This document shows positions 33,022 through 46,857 of a stretch of DNA of 64,000 nt, piece by piece (position 1 is the stretch's first letter; every line of letters starts with the position of its first letter). The position numbers and the translations under genes are program-made. Location: UHGV virus genome UHGV-0018629, one strand, 5' to 3'. The notes beneath the pieces were generated by a model. The model worked only from the letters and a program-made list of their open reading frames with translations, was not told where the DNA came from and made no database searches. This stretch comes from a virus.

Positions 33022-34137
33022 ATGGAAAAATTTATGGCAAAGTTTGGACAAGGATACGTCCAAACGCCATTTTTATCGGAAAGCAATTCAGTAAGATATA
33101 AAATAAGCATAGCGGGTTCTTGCCCGCTTTCTACTGCAGGACCATACGTTAAATTTCAAGATAATCCTGTAGGAAGTCAAACATTTAGTGCAGGTCTTCA
33201 TTTAAGAGTTTTTGACCCTTCCACGGGAGCATTGGTTGATAGTAAGTCATATGCTTTTTCTACTTCAAATGATACAACATCTGCTGCTTTCGTTAGTTTC
33301 ATGAATTCTTTTTCAAACAATAGACTTGTTGCTATATTAACTAGCGGAAAGGTTAATTTTCCTCCTGAAGTAGTATCATGGTTAAGAACAGCAGGAACAT
33401 CTGCTTTTCCATCTGATTCTATATTGTCAAGATTTGATGTATCATATGCTGCTTTTTACACTTCTTCTAAAAGAGCTATTGCATTAGAGCATGTTAAACT
33501 GAGTAACAGAAAAAGCACAGATGACTATCAAACTATATTAGATGTAGTATTTGATAGTTTAGAAGATGTTGGAGCGACAGGATTTCCTAAAAGAACATAT
33601 GAAAGCGTTGAGCAATTTATGTCAGCTGTTGGTGGAACTAATAACGAAATTGCGCGTTTACCAACTTCATCCGCGATAAGTAAACTTTCTGACTACAATT
33701 TAATTCCTGGAGATGTGCTTTATCTTAAAGCACAACTATATGCTGATGCTGATTTACTTGCTCTTGGAACTACGAATATATCCATTCGATTTTATAATGC
33801 ATCAAATGGATATATTTCCTCAACACATGCTGAGTTTACTGGACAAGCTGGGTCTTGGGAATTAAAAGAAGATTATGTAGTTGTTCCTGAAAATGCAGTA
33901 GGATTTACGATATACGCACAGAGAACTGCACAAGCGGGTCAAGGCGGTATGAGAAATTTAAGCTTTTCTGAAGTGTCAAGAAATGGCGGCATTTCAAAAC
34001 CTGCTGAATTTGGCGTCAATGGTATTCGAGTTAATTATATCTGCGAATCTGCTTCACCTCCGGATATAATAGTACTTCCTACGCAAGCATCGTCTAAAAC
34101 TGGTAAAGTGTTTGGACAAGAATTTAGAGAAGTTTAA
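33022..34137 (+). CDS. 35: Long tail fibre hinge connector gp35
   Basis: 371 aa; position between 34 and 36. Confidence 0.85.
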   Translation: MEKFMAKFGQGYVQTPFLSESNSVRYKISIAGSCPLSTAGPYVKFQDNPVGSQTFSAGLHLRVFDPSTGALVDSKSYAFSTSNDTTSAAFVSFMNSFSNNRLVAILTSGKVNFPPEVVSWLRTAGTSAFPSDSILSRFDVSYAAFYTSSKRAIALEHVKLSNRKSTDDYQTILDVVFDSLEDVGATGFPKRTYESVEQFMSAVGGTNNEIARLPTSSAISKLSDYNLIPGDVLYLKAQLYADADLLALGTTNISIRFYNASNGYISSTHAEFTGQAGSWELKEDYVVVPENAVGFTIYAQRTAQAGQGGMRNLSFSEVSRNGGISKPAEFGVNGIRVNYICESASPPDIIVLPTQASSKTGKVFGQEFREV

Positions 34138-34142
34138 ATTGA

Positions 34143-34165
34143 GGGAGCCTTCGGGTTCCCTTTTT
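34143..34165 (+). terminator. Intrinsic terminator after gene 35 (gggagcc-ttcg-ggttccc plus TTTTT)
   Basis: Read directly. Confidence 0.65.
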
Positions 34166-34168
34166 CTT

Positions 34169-34176
34169 TATAAATA
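34169..34176 (+). promoter_or_regulatory. Late promoter TATAAATA for gene 36
   Basis: Exact TATAAATA following the terminator hairpin. Confidence 0.7.
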
Positions 34177-34199
34177 CTATTAAAATAAAGGGGCATACA

Positions 34200-34856
34200 A
34201 TGGCTGATTTAAAAGTAGGTTCAACAACTGGAGGCTCTGTCATTTGGCATCAAGGAAATTTTCCATTGAATCCAGCCGGTGACGATGTACTCTATAAATC
34301 ATTTAAAATATATTCAGAATACAATAAACCACAAGCTGTTGATAACGATTTCGTTTCTAAAGCTAATGGCGGTACTTATTTAAATAAAGTAATTTTTAAT
34401 AAAGGAATGACTGTTCCTGGTGCTGGGTCAGGTGACAATGGTATTTTTGCCGGTCCTGGTGATAATGCCACGTATGATACTACAAATATGGATATTGTTT
34501 CATGGTATGGTATCGGCTTTAAATCATCACAAGGAACAGCAGGTAGAACTGTAGTAATTAACACACGAAACGGAGATATTAGCTCAAAGGGTGTAATTGA
34601 AGCATCACAAATACGCGCAACTTCATTATCCCCAGTAAATAATTATGACCTTACGAGAAAAGATTATGTTGATGGAGCAATAAATATTGTTACAACAAAC
34701 GCAAACTCTAGGGTGTTACGCTCTGGAGACACTATGACAGGAAATTTAACTGCGCCAAACCTTTTTTCACAGAATCCTGCATCTCAACCCTCACATGTTC
34801 CGCGATTTGACCAAATCGTAATTAAGGATTCTGTTCAAGATTTCGGCTATTATTAA
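34200..34856 (+). CDS. 36: Long tail fibre distal connector gp36
   Basis: 218 aa; late promoter TATAAATA at 34169-34176. Confidence 0.88.
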   Translation: MADLKVGSTTGGSVIWHQGNFPLNPAGDDVLYKSFKIYSEYNKPQAVDNDFVSKANGGTYLNKVIFNKGMTVPGAGSGDNGIFAGPGDNATYDTTNMDIVSWYGIGFKSSQGTAGRTVVINTRNGDISSKGVIEASQIRATSLSPVNNYDLTRKDYVDGAINIVTTNANSRVLRSGDTMTGNLTAPNLFSQNPASQPSHVPRFDQIVIKDSVQDFGYY

Positions 34857-34864
34857 GAGGACTT

Positions 34865-38987
<4,123 letters not shown>

Positions 38988-39017
38988 TTTGAATAAATAT
39001 CCTTAAAAGGAGGGTCT

Positions 39018-39674
39018 ATGGCAGCACCTAGAATATCATTTTCGCCCTCTGATATTCTGTTTGGTGTTCTAGATCGCTTGTTCAAAGATAACGCTACCGG
39101 GAAAGTTCTTGCTTCCCGGGTAGCTGTCGTAATTCTTTTGTTTATAATGGCGATTGTTTGGTATAGGGGAGATAGTTTCTTTGAGTACTATAAGCAATCA
39201 AAGTATGAAACATACAGTGAAATTATTGAAAAGGAAAGAAATGCACGCTTTGAATCTGTCGCCCTGGAACAACTCCAGATAGTTCATATATCATCTGAGG
39301 CAGACTTTAGTGCGGTGTATTCTTTCCGCCCTAAAAACTTAAACTATTTTGTTGATATTATAGCATATGAAGGAAAATTACCTTCAACAATAAGCGAAAA
39401 ATCACTTGGAGGATATCCTGTTGATAAAACTATGGATGAATATGCAGTTCATTTAAATGGACGTCATTATTATTCCAATTCAAAATTTGCTTTTTTACCA
39501 ACCAAAAAGCCTACTCCCGAAATAAATTACATGTACAGTTGTCCATATTTTAATTTGGATAATATCTATGCTGGAACAATAACCATGTACTGGTATAGAA
39601 ATGATCATATAAGTAATGACCGCCTTGAATCAATATGTGCTCAGGCGGCCAGAATATTAGGAAGGGCTAAATAA
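39018..39674 (+). CDS. t: Holin T
   Basis: 218 aa; N-terminus MAAPRISFSPSDILFGVLDRLFKDN, single TM and large periplasmic domain. Confidence 0.93.
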   Translation: MAAPRISFSPSDILFGVLDRLFKDNATGKVLASRVAVVILLFIMAIVWYRGDSFFEYYKQSKYETYSEIIEKERNARFESVALEQLQIVHISSEADFSAVYSFRPKNLNYFVDIIAYEGKLPSTISEKSLGGYPVDKTMDEYAVHLNGRHYYSNSKFAFLPTKKPTPEINYMYSCPYFNLDNIYAGTITMYWYRNDHISNDRLESICAQAARILGRAK

Positions 39675-39947
39675 TTATTTGTTTGTATACATTTCTAGAT
39701 ATCGATATACACCTTCAAAACCCTCGTTGAATTCGTCGATGAGGGTTTTCTTATCTTCTTGAGTTAATTCAGAAACAATTTTACGGAATGAATTCTGATT
39801 CAACTTTCTACCTTCATGCGTTACTCCAATCTCATTCAGAAATGCAATAAAATTAGCACGATTCTCAACAATATCTTCTCGGGAAAATTTAATTAAAATA
39901 GACGCAACAGTAATAATTTCACGAATTGTATCAATATTCTTATTCAT
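39675..39947 (-). CDS. asiA: Anti-sigma70 factor AsiA
   Basis: 90 aa; MNKNIDTIREIITVASILIKFSREDIVENRANFIAFLNEIG recognised. Confidence 0.93.
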   Translation of the reverse strand: MNKNIDTIREIITVASILIKFSREDIVENRANFIAFLNEIGVTHEGRKLNQNSFRKIVSELTQEDKKTLIDEFNEGFEGVYRYLEMYTNK

Positions 39948-39959
39948 TAATTATACCAC

Positions 39960-40112
39960 TCAATTAGTTGACTTTATTATAGTATCATCAGACACTTGAT
40001 TTGTAAACTGGTCTGTGTTATTTTCTTCAAAAATTTTTTCTACGAATTCCTTGAACGACTCACGTTCCTGAGCTACATTATGCTCGATTACCTTTTCAAG
40101 ATTATGACTCAT
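39960..40112 (-). CDS. Small acidic ORF (50 aa), coupled to arn via an ATGA overlap
   Basis: Translated by hand (MSHNLEKVIEHNVAQERESFKEF...); contains the asiA early promoter in its 3' part; not in ORF track (<60 aa). Confidence 0.4.
   Translation of the reverse strand: MSHNLEKVIEHNVAQERESFKEFVEKIFEENNTDQFTNQVSDDTIIKSTN
39979..40008 (-). promoter_or_regulatory. Early promoter for asiA (-35 GTTTAC, -10 TACTAT)
   Basis: gtaaac 40003-40008; atagta 39979-39984. Confidence 0.65.
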
Positions 40113-40387
40113 TCGAAATAATCTTCAATTTCGTAATCATGGACGTAAATCATTATAGTTTTTAATACATCATCAATACTTTTTCCTGGAGCTGGAATTA
40201 CGTAAAAATATCCCGCCTTTGAGTTATCTTTATAAGTTCCAACCAAGAAATCATTATTCTCGAGATGTAGTTCTTCAACTAATTCATTAACAATTGAGTG
40301 GTATAAATTTGGTAGTAACTTGTATAGCTTTTCTAGAATATCAATTTTGATTGTGTATTGAACCACAGACTGAGAATCAATAATCAT
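40109..40387 (-). CDS. arn: Arn-like acidic protein (anti-restriction DNA mimic), assigned by size and synteny
   Basis: 92 aa acidic ORF immediately upstream of asiA, as in T4. Confidence 0.6.
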   Translation of the reverse strand: MIIDSQSVVQYTIKIDILEKLYKLLPNLYHSIVNELVEELHLENNDFLVGTYKDNSKAGYFYVIPAPGKSIDDVLKTIMIYVHDYEIEDYFE

Positions 40388-40470
40388 AGACCTTCCCCTT
40401 ATGTTTCTGTTTGCGATTAGATTCTTTAAACGCTTTCTTCTTATCTTTATGGACAGAAGCTTTATTAAAA

Positions 40471-40689
40471 TTATGTTTTGCGACTAAATTGTTCATAGTG
40501 CTGAATTACCTCTCTCAAACATTTGCATGTGAATGAAAACTTTTTAGCTACACCACATTCAAATATATGTTCTCTTAAATCACGTGTGTCAGTATATCCC
40601 ATCTCAACAATAAAATGCCGTATTAGATTTTTATCTTTATCATTGAGAGAATTAAAATAATCGGATTTTGAATTAATTTCCCTGGCCAA
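40471..40689 (-). CDS. Hypothetical protein (72 aa, arn.x position)
   Basis: ORF track. Confidence 0.45.
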   Translation of the reverse strand: MAREINSKSDYFNSLNDKDKNLIRHFIVEMGYTDTRDLREHIFECGVAKKFSFTCKCLREVIQHYEQFSRKT

Positions 40690-40969
40690 ATTGAATCACC
40701 TTCAGTTGACGTTTTAGTTCTTTTATCATTTCTTCGTTCATCGCAATATAAAGATCTCGTAAAGCAGGTTTTAACATTCCATTTACTGGAGAACTAAATG
40801 GACATACATAATCTTTTCCTACGAGCTTTTTGGTGAATTCCATATTACAGAACTGAAATGCCGGTTCATTGGCATAAATTCCCCAATTAGTTGACATCAT
40901 TTTATTGGCATATTCCAGTGCCTGGATTTGATTCATAATTCCATCAATTTGAAACTTTTTAATATTCAT
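40673..40969 (-). CDS. Hypothetical protein (98 aa)
   Basis: ORF track. Confidence 0.45.
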   Translation of the reverse strand: MNIKKFQIDGIMNQIQALEYANKMMSTNWGIYANEPAFQFCNMEFTKKLVGKDYVCPFSSPVNGMLKPALRDLYIAMNEEMIKELKRQLKVIQFGQGN

Positions 40970-41430
40970 TAGTAAAGGTCCTCAGAGTAAAGTTCTTTTT
41001 CACTACCACCACGTTCAATACGTACTTGTCCGGCGTAAGTTGCAATAATCATTGCTTCTTCACGTGTCCAATAATTACTATATTGGTCAATAAATCCTTG
41101 GTCATCATCACAAACTTGCTGAGTAACTAATTGGGGTTTAACTACATCTAAAACTTCTGCCATATCTTTAGAATAATGACGAGCACCTGGAATAACAAGA
41201 GTTCGTCCATCTTTTAATTTAAAACGGTTGGCTGCGCAAACAATTCGTCGTTGATACTTTTGGTTTTCGTCCCAATATGCAGTCTGCCAACAGATTTCAG
41301 GAACTTCATCTAAAACATTTTGTTCTGTGTATTCACCGCTGTAAGAAGCTAATTTAGCCGCCAAACTTTCTGGAGTCTCACGTGACAAAGCTTTATCTAA
41401 CAGAGCTAAACGTTCTTTAAAAGTTTTCAT
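40969..41430 (-). CDS. Hypothetical protein (153 aa)
   Basis: ORF track. Confidence 0.5.
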   Translation of the reverse strand: MKTFKERLALLDKALSRETPESLAAKLASYSGEYTEQNVLDEVPEICWQTAYWDENQKYQRRIVCAANRFKLKDGRTLVIPGARHYSKDMAEVLDVVKPQLVTQQVCDDDQGFIDQYSNYWTREEAMIIATYAGQVRIERGGSEKELYSEDLY

Positions 41431-41756
41431 TTAAACCATCCTTTAATACGCTGCCACAAAGTTTTCTGTTGAGCTTTGTTAACACCAATTGAGCGAATAA
41501 CTGACTGAGATTCCTGGAATTCTTTATAATCAGCAAGGTAAATTTCGTAAGCTGCATCTGTAAATGAACTTATCGCTGCCATAAAATTATTGCGAATACC
41601 TACTGGAGCATCTTTACTTTCACGAATAATCATGTATTTACCAGTCTTAATCTTTACAATAGTTCCAAGATAAGCTCCGTGGTACCAGATGTCCCACCCC
41701 TCTTGAGTGGGTTCTGCACAACGACGAAGTTCATTAACAATTTCTAACTTGTTCAT
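41427..41756 (-). CDS. Hypothetical protein (109 aa)
   Basis: ORF track. Confidence 0.5.
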   Translation of the reverse strand: MNKLEIVNELRRCAEPTQEGWDIWYHGAYLGTIVKIKTGKYMIIRESKDAPVGIRNNFMAAISSFTDAAYEIYLADYKEFQESQSVIRSIGVNKAQQKTLWQRIKGWFK

Positions 41757-41766
41757 TATTTATTCC

Positions 41767-42402
41767 TCACAGTTCAGATGCTACGGTGATTACTGCTTCA
41801 ATGTTTTCTGCCGAGCGTTTAATGTCAAGATACACATTACCATTTTTAGCGATTTTACATGACATTCCGATATCAGTAAATTTCTGAATATGATGTTCCA
41901 TCATTTTGTATCCAAAAATTCGCATATTTCCATTGTTGTTAATTTCAAAATTGCGAATTCCATGAGTGCGTTTTTCTAAAATAGCAAGATAGTTACTGCG
42001 GTAAGTTTCAACCTTTTTAAGAACAAATCCATTTTCATCTAAAAGTTTTAACATGAAGTCTTTATCTTCTTCCATATCGGAAGTAATCTCACGAGCTTTA
42101 CGAGTTGCTCGTTTTTTCAGCAGTTCAGGAGCATTTTCCTGCGCGTATAAAGTTGCTGCATTTGAAATAATATCCTGAGCTTCACCTGTAATGATTAATC
42201 CATCACCAGATTTCTCCACCAGGCCTTTTTTAATCAATACCCCAATATTACTATTAACTACTGCGTTACCTAAATCTGGATGCACCTCACGAACTTCTGC
42301 AGCTGTAATGAAATCTTTCTTAGCAATGGTAATTAAAATCGCAGCAGTTTTTTCATTCAGAACATCGTTAGAAGCTTTGATGATGTAAGTTACTTTAGAC
42401 AT
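41767..42402 (-). CDS. motA: Middle-transcription activator MotA
   Basis: 211 aa; MSKVTYIIKASNDVLNEKTAAILITIAKKDFITAAEV recognised. Confidence 0.92.
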   Translation of the reverse strand: MSKVTYIIKASNDVLNEKTAAILITIAKKDFITAAEVREVHPDLGNAVVNSNIGVLIKKGLVEKSGDGLIITGEAQDIISNAATLYAQENAPELLKKRATRKAREITSDMEEDKDFMLKLLDENGFVLKKVETYRSNYLAILEKRTHGIRNFEINNNGNMRIFGYKMMEHHIQKFTDIGMSCKIAKNGNVYLDIKRSAENIEAVITVASEL

Positions 42403-42443
42403 TTTCTAATCTCCGTAATTCTGTATCAGTAGTTGATAGTTGT

Positions 42444-42473
42444 ATAGTACCACAGTATGCTTTGGTTGTAAAC
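42444..42473 (-). promoter_or_regulatory. Early promoter for motA (-35 GTTTAC, -10 TACTAT)
   Basis: Same module as 25770 and 46243. Confidence 0.65.
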
Positions 42474-42494
42474 CGTTTTGTGAAAAAATTTTTG

Positions 42495-42524
42495 AAATAA
42501 AAAAGGGAGAGCCGAGGCTCTCCC
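42495..42524 (-). terminator. Intrinsic terminator after the 49-aa membrane ORF (gggagag...ctctccc plus U-run)
   Basis: Hairpin 42505-42524; A-run on plus strand. Confidence 0.6.
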
Positions 42525-42529
42525 TAAAA

Positions 42530-42679
42530 TTACTGCATGACTGTGATAACTGTCATGATAACACGTTGAATTCCGAACGCAAGAAGACCTCCTGCTACGG
42601 CTGGAACAACACCTAAACCCGCCAGTAAAATGCTACCAGATACTAATGCAGCGCTTGTAATACCAATGAATGGACTCAT
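42530..42679 (-). CDS. Small hydrophobic membrane peptide (49 aa), coupled to gene 52
   Basis: Hand translation MSPFIGITSAALVSGSILLAGLGVVPAVAGGLLAFGIQRVIMTVITVMQ; start overlaps gp52 stop; followed by terminator. Confidence 0.5.
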   Translation of the reverse strand: MSPFIGITSAALVSGSILLAGLGVVPAVAGGLLAFGIQRVIMTVITVMQ

Positions 42680-44004
42680 TTGATTTCCTCTAAATCTTTG
42701 GTGTATTCTGTAACTACATCAGTAGTTTTCCAATATTCGTTTTCTTCTTTTTTAGCTTTAGCTTCTTCAGCAAGTTTCTTTGCTTCGTCAGAAGTCATAT
42801 GAAAAATGTTCATTCCAACTAGTTTATCAACATAAGAAGAATACATATCAATTTTAGAAAGTTCTTCGGTCAGTTCTTTGCGAGTTTTACCTTGTACAAC
42901 AATTTCACCTGAAATTACTTTCTTAATGAAATGCGCCTTGGCAAAAGCTAAACGAAATGCTGATTCAGTTTCTTTTATTTTGTTATCAATTCGTTTTTGG
43001 ACATAAGTTTTACGAACTTCAACGAAGTCTTTGATTAAATCAACTACGTTATCGTAAACTTGTAGTTTTCCTTTCTCATTAATAACGGTAATATTCTGGG
43101 AACGACGCTCAATCAACCCGAAGTCTTTCATAATTTTTGCATGGCGTTCTTCTTCATTATCGCTCAAAGAATATTCTTTGCGGAATTTAACTTTGAATCC
43201 AAAACCATGCTCACCGCAAGCATCATCCCATGTAATGAAGCCTTTATCTTCAAGTGGGTCTAAGATTTTACTCACATAAGTTTCACGATCATACTTATAC
43301 GGAATCTCAGTGATATGCATTTGAGTTCGTGAAGTAAACTTGTACGTTCCACGAATTTCATATTGACCGTCAATTTCAACGACTTCACCACGAAATTCTG
43401 GGAATTCTACCTTCGGTTTAGTTACTTTCTTTCCTTGAAGAGCTTGTAGTACAGCTTTCTTGACAGAAGAAACACTATGAGGAAGAATGTAAGTTGCATA
43501 ACCAGTTGCAATACCGGAAACACCGTTAAGAAGAACAGTAGGAATAATAGGCAAATAGAAAGCAGGCGGAATGTGTTCTTTATCTTGATGTACCGGAGCA
43601 TATTCAGTATCTTTATATACGCTATAGAAATTTTTACTTACACGAGCAAAAATATAACGACTTGCCGCTGCTTTTTGAACGGTACGAGAACCAAAGTTTC
43701 CTTGACCATCTAACAAAGGAAAGTTATTATTCCAAGTATTAGCCATCAAAGCCCCAGCATCTTGCGCAGAGTTTTCACCATGATGATATCCAAGGTCTGC
43801 TACACCGCCTGCAATAGAAGCGAGTTTGTGAAACTTATCTTTATTTCCTCGTGCCAAATCAAGAGCTCGAGCAATAACAAATCGTTGAACTGGCTTAAAT
43901 CCATCAATCATATTTGGGATAGCACGATTTTCAACCGTGTACATAGCATAAGCCAATGCTTCATTATCAATGATACTTTTTAAATCGCGATTATTCAGTT
44001 GCAT
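42676..44004 (-). CDS. 52: DNA topoisomerase II medium (GyrA-like) subunit gp52
   Basis: 442 aa; N-terminal topo II cleavage-core-like sequence. Confidence 0.9.
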   Translation of the reverse strand: MQLNNRDLKSIIDNEALAYAMYTVENRAIPNMIDGFKPVQRFVIARALDLARGNKDKFHKLASIAGGVADLGYHHGENSAQDAGALMANTWNNNFPLLDGQGNFGSRTVQKAAASRYIFARVSKNFYSVYKDTEYAPVHQDKEHIPPAFYLPIIPTVLLNGVSGIATGYATYILPHSVSSVKKAVLQALQGKKVTKPKVEFPEFRGEVVEIDGQYEIRGTYKFTSRTQMHITEIPYKYDRETYVSKILDPLEDKGFITWDDACGEHGFGFKVKFRKEYSLSDNEEERHAKIMKDFGLIERRSQNITVINEKGKLQVYDNVVDLIKDFVEVRKTYVQKRIDNKIKETESAFRLAFAKAHFIKKVISGEIVVQGKTRKELTEELSKIDMYSSYVDKLVGMNIFHMTSDEAKKLAEEAKAKKEENEYWKTTDVVTEYTKDLEEIK

Positions 44005-44141
44005 AAATTTACCATACTAGTGAATGTAGTGCCATAATAACATCAGAAATGAAAAGCACGACTTGAATTAATCCGAACATTACTCCATAATATAGTGCTA
44101 CCAATAAAGTAGCAAGGGCTAATGAATAGCCCAAGATTTTC

Positions 44142-44300
44142 TTAATCATTAGTAGATAACAACACAAATGTTAAATATGCACACATACCCTGGGCTAAAG
44201 CTTGTGAAAACACACTGCTAGCATCGATACAGATAGTTAAAACACATGCTACTATCCAACAAATAAATGAAATAACTCCTAATAATTTTGCGATATTCAT
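44142..44300 (-). CDS. Small membrane protein, paralogue of the adjacent ac-like ORF (52.1 position)
   Basis: 52 aa from MNIAKLL; GAGGAG Shine-Dalgarno; similar to ORF 44311-44466. Confidence 0.55.
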   Translation of the reverse strand: MNIAKLLGVISFICWIVACVLTICIDASSVFSQALAQGMCAYLTFVLLSTND

Positions 44301-44310
44301 AATATTCTCC

Positions 44311-44466
44311 TCAACTATTTTTAGAACCAATGTACGCGAATAATGATAAAATCGCTAATACGCCCTGAGCTGATGCTTGCAAAAATACTGAAGTTTCTCC
44401 AGTTATTACTGTTCCGATGCATAAAAAGAACCAACAGAAAAAGGCTATACCGTGAACAAATTTCAT
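44311..44466 (-). CDS. ac: Small membrane protein, ac-like (acridine sensitivity) by position next to stp
   Basis: Hand translation MKFVHGIAFFCWFFLCIGTVITGETSVFLQASAQGVLAILSLFAYIGSKNS (51 aa). Confidence 0.55.
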   Translation of the reverse strand: MKFVHGIAFFCWFFLCIGTVITGETSVFLQASAQGVLAILSLFAYIGSKNS

Positions 44467-44473
44467 ATTTTCC

Positions 44474-44554
44474 TCACTGGCGTCCGAAGACGCCTTTGGT
44501 TTTAAGATTGTTACGATAGAACTGCATCACATGTTCGTTATGGAAATTACTCAT
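44474..44554 (-). CDS. stp: Stp peptide (activator of host PrrC anticodon nuclease)
   Basis: Hand translation [26 protein letters not shown] (26 aa) matches the T4 Stp peptide as I recall it; start overlaps ndd stop (TAATG). Confidence 0.8.
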
Positions 44555-45009
44555 TAATATGCCTGCAAAACGAATTTAAAATTATCAGCCAACATACGGT
44601 TCATTTCTTCAAGTGTTTGATACTCAGAATGATGATTACGAGTAAACGCTAAAGCTAACTGACCTTTTCCAAATCCTGTCGTCAAAGGTTTCATCTTAGA
44701 AGCAGGAAGATAAAATACTGTATATGGAACATTATTATTTGCAATAGTACGCGCAAGCTGAGACCGACGCTGACGAATATGACTTAGAACTGCACTGAAT
44801 CCTTGCTTAGAACGCTGATTACCTACATAAAATCGTGCAGATACACACGGACTATCAAATGGACCACCAAATTTACTCACTAAAAAGTAAAATCCAGGTG
44901 TAGATAAAATGTCTTTATGTGGAGTTCCAAAAACCCATTCACCGCCCTTGATTGTACCAATAACAGTAGCACCTGCATTATTCAAATCAGTAACAGTCAT
45001 GTATTTCAT
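44554..45009 (-). CDS. ndd: Nucleoid disruption protein Ndd
   Basis: 151 aa; position upstream of stp. Confidence 0.85.
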
Positions 45010-45068
45010 ATTAATTTCCTCTAATTATTTTCTACTCCAAGGCCGCATGAATACACACGGCCGATAAA

Positions 45069-45284
45069 TTAATCGTCGCAGTCGACGCTCAATTCCCAGA
45101 ACTCTTCTACAGTATAAGTTTCAGTATCGTTTTCAATACAGAAACGTTCATTACTGTTATTTGCTAAAGTAGCATTAACTGTCATTTTCTCGCTAGTGCT
45201 CTTAAGAGGTGAAATACGAATTAACTGATCACCACTATCCAAGCAAAAAATTTCGCCAACTTTTACATCTTTAAAAATTTTCAT
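45069..45284 (-). CDS. Hypothetical protein (71 aa)
   Basis: ORF track. Confidence 0.45.
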   Translation of the reverse strand: MKIFKDVKVGEIFCLDSGDQLIRISPLKSTSEKMTVNATLANNSNERFCIENDTETYTVEEFWELSVDCDD

Positions 45285-45399
45285 AATTCACCTCAGGGAG
45301 TATAAAATCCAAATGCAGTTGTTGACCATCCCATCCAATACGGAAAATTTGCACCAACGTAAAACATGAGAATATAAAACCAACCACTCAGCAAATTCA

Positions 45400-45597
45400 T
45401 CATTTTACACCATTCCAAATTGTTTCAACCACAGATTTTAAGCCATTTTGATGAATGTCCATTCCGACAACTGCCATCAAATAAATTCCAACTACAACTG
45501 AACCTAAGGCAAAAATCAGCATGAAAATGAATAAAGCTGGAAAAATATTATCGAAAAACCATTCAATAAATGTAAAAGCACTGCGTTTACGCTTCAT
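45400..45597 (-). CDS. Small membrane protein (65 aa from MKRKRSAFTF)
   Basis: GAGGA Shine-Dalgarno before internal ATG; hydrophobic core. Confidence 0.5.
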   Translation of the reverse strand: MKRKRSAFTFIEWFFDNIFPALFIFMLIFALGSVVVGIYLMAVVGMDIHQNGLKSVVETIWNGVK

Positions 45598-45604
45598 ATT
45601 TTCC

Positions 45605-45718
45605 TCACATAAATCCAAAGTAAGCGTTTAATACATCAATCATTAAAACGATTGGGAATATACTCAAAACTACTAGTATTATAACTACATTCCATATAGC
45701 TTTAACAATCTTTTTCAT
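45605..45718 (-). CDS. Small membrane peptide (37 aa from MKKIVKAIWN)
   Basis: GGAGGA Shine-Dalgarno; early promoter at 45747-45776. Confidence 0.5.
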   Translation of the reverse strand: MKKIVKAIWNVVIILVVLSIFPIVLMIDVLNAYFGFM

Positions 45719-45746
45719 TTTCTGTTCCTCCGTAGTTGATAGAGTA

Positions 45747-45776
45747 ATAATACCACAGAGGAACAGTCTTGTAAAC
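45747..45776 (-). promoter_or_regulatory. Early promoter (-35 GTTTAC, -10 TATTAT)
   Basis: gtaaac 45771-45776. Confidence 0.55.
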
Positions 45777-45961
45777 AACTTTTTTAAAAATATTCGTAAT
45801 AAATGTGAATACCAACTACTACCGCTGAAACTTGCGCAACCCACCATGCACAAGCAATAAGCACAGAATTCAAAATTTTCATAATAACCTCATTACAAAA
45901 GTAAATGTTAAACAAATTACTGGAATACTAATTAACCAAACAAAACACCACCACAATGAAC

Positions 45962-46225
45962 TCATAGTTCAATCTCAGCGATTTTCATTTCATTACTATT
46001 AATAGCCGCTTTAAGACTATCTGAAAGAATTACATTCCAGTGGTCATTCATATGACCATTAACTAAGCGTGTAATTTCTTCGGGAGTTGAAAAATAAGGT
46101 GTATCAGACTCCCAATGCGATAGTCCCAAGCGAGTATAAATCATGCCTTCATCATCGCTAGAATATTCAACTGACACAAACTCATCAGTTATTTTATGTT
46201 TAGCGTAATAAAATTTAAATTTCAT
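45962..46225 (-). CDS. Hypothetical protein (87 aa from MKFKFYYAKH)
   Basis: GGAGGAG Shine-Dalgarno; early promoter at 46243-46272. Confidence 0.55.
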   Translation of the reverse strand: MKFKFYYAKHKITDEFVSVEYSSDDEGMIYTRLGLSHWESDTPYFSTPEEITRLVNGHMNDHWNVILSDSLKAAINSNEMKIAEIEL

Positions 46226-46242
46226 TTTTACTCCTCCGTAGC

Positions 46243-46272
46243 TGATAGTTGTATAGTACCACAGTCCTTGTG
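46243..46272 (-). promoter_or_regulatory. Early promoter (-35 GTTTAC, -10 TACTAT)
   Basis: Same module as 25770 and 42444. Confidence 0.65.
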
Positions 46273-46299
46273 GTATGTAAACCGTTTTGTGAAAATTTT

Positions 46300-46857
46300 T
46301 TAAATGGAAAGATACCATCCGTTGTAGTTGCTTTTTCTTACAACCTTACGAAGGTCTTCTCTATCACCGATGAACTTCGGAGTGTACTGGATGACACCTG
46401 GATGAATTTCTTTAGTGTTGAATATAATTATACAGTCAGCGACCTGATGATTCAGAATGGGCCCTAGATTTATTCCAGAACCATATGGATACTCTCCGCT
46501 GCATCCTGTTGTTACAGAAATCCAACGTGAGTCAGTTTGATGTGTCTTAACTTCTACACGAAGCCCGCAGTATCTTGGATGCGCCAATACATCCCATGCA
46601 TATGTATACGGGTCATTAACATCTTCTTGGCCTTTGTTAACATACCCACTTAGCCAATCTGCTACAAAAAATTCTGCGTACACCGCGATACGACATCTTT
46701 CAATAACTTCTGCTTTATCCTGATTTGGATTTTGTTTTAAAGAGTATCTTGCTGTATCAGCAATTTTGACCTTCATTTCACTAGTCAAGTCACTGTTCGA
46801 TAGGGTAAATGTCGGAATCTGAAATAGTCTCTGTAAACCCGGATTCGTTTTCTGCAT
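46300..46857 (-). CDS. denB: Endonuclease IV-like protein, assigned by size and synteny
   Basis: 185 aa ORF between rIIB and the ndd cluster. Confidence 0.6.
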   Translation of the reverse strand: MQKTNPGLQRLFQIPTFTLSNSDLTSEMKVKIADTARYSLKQNPNQDKAEVIERCRIAVYAEFFVADWLSGYVNKGQEDVNDPYTYAWDVLAHPRYCGLRVEVKTHQTDSRWISVTTGCSGEYPYGSGINLGPILNHQVADCIIIFNTKEIHPGVIQYTPKFIGDREDLRKVVRKSNYNGWYLSI

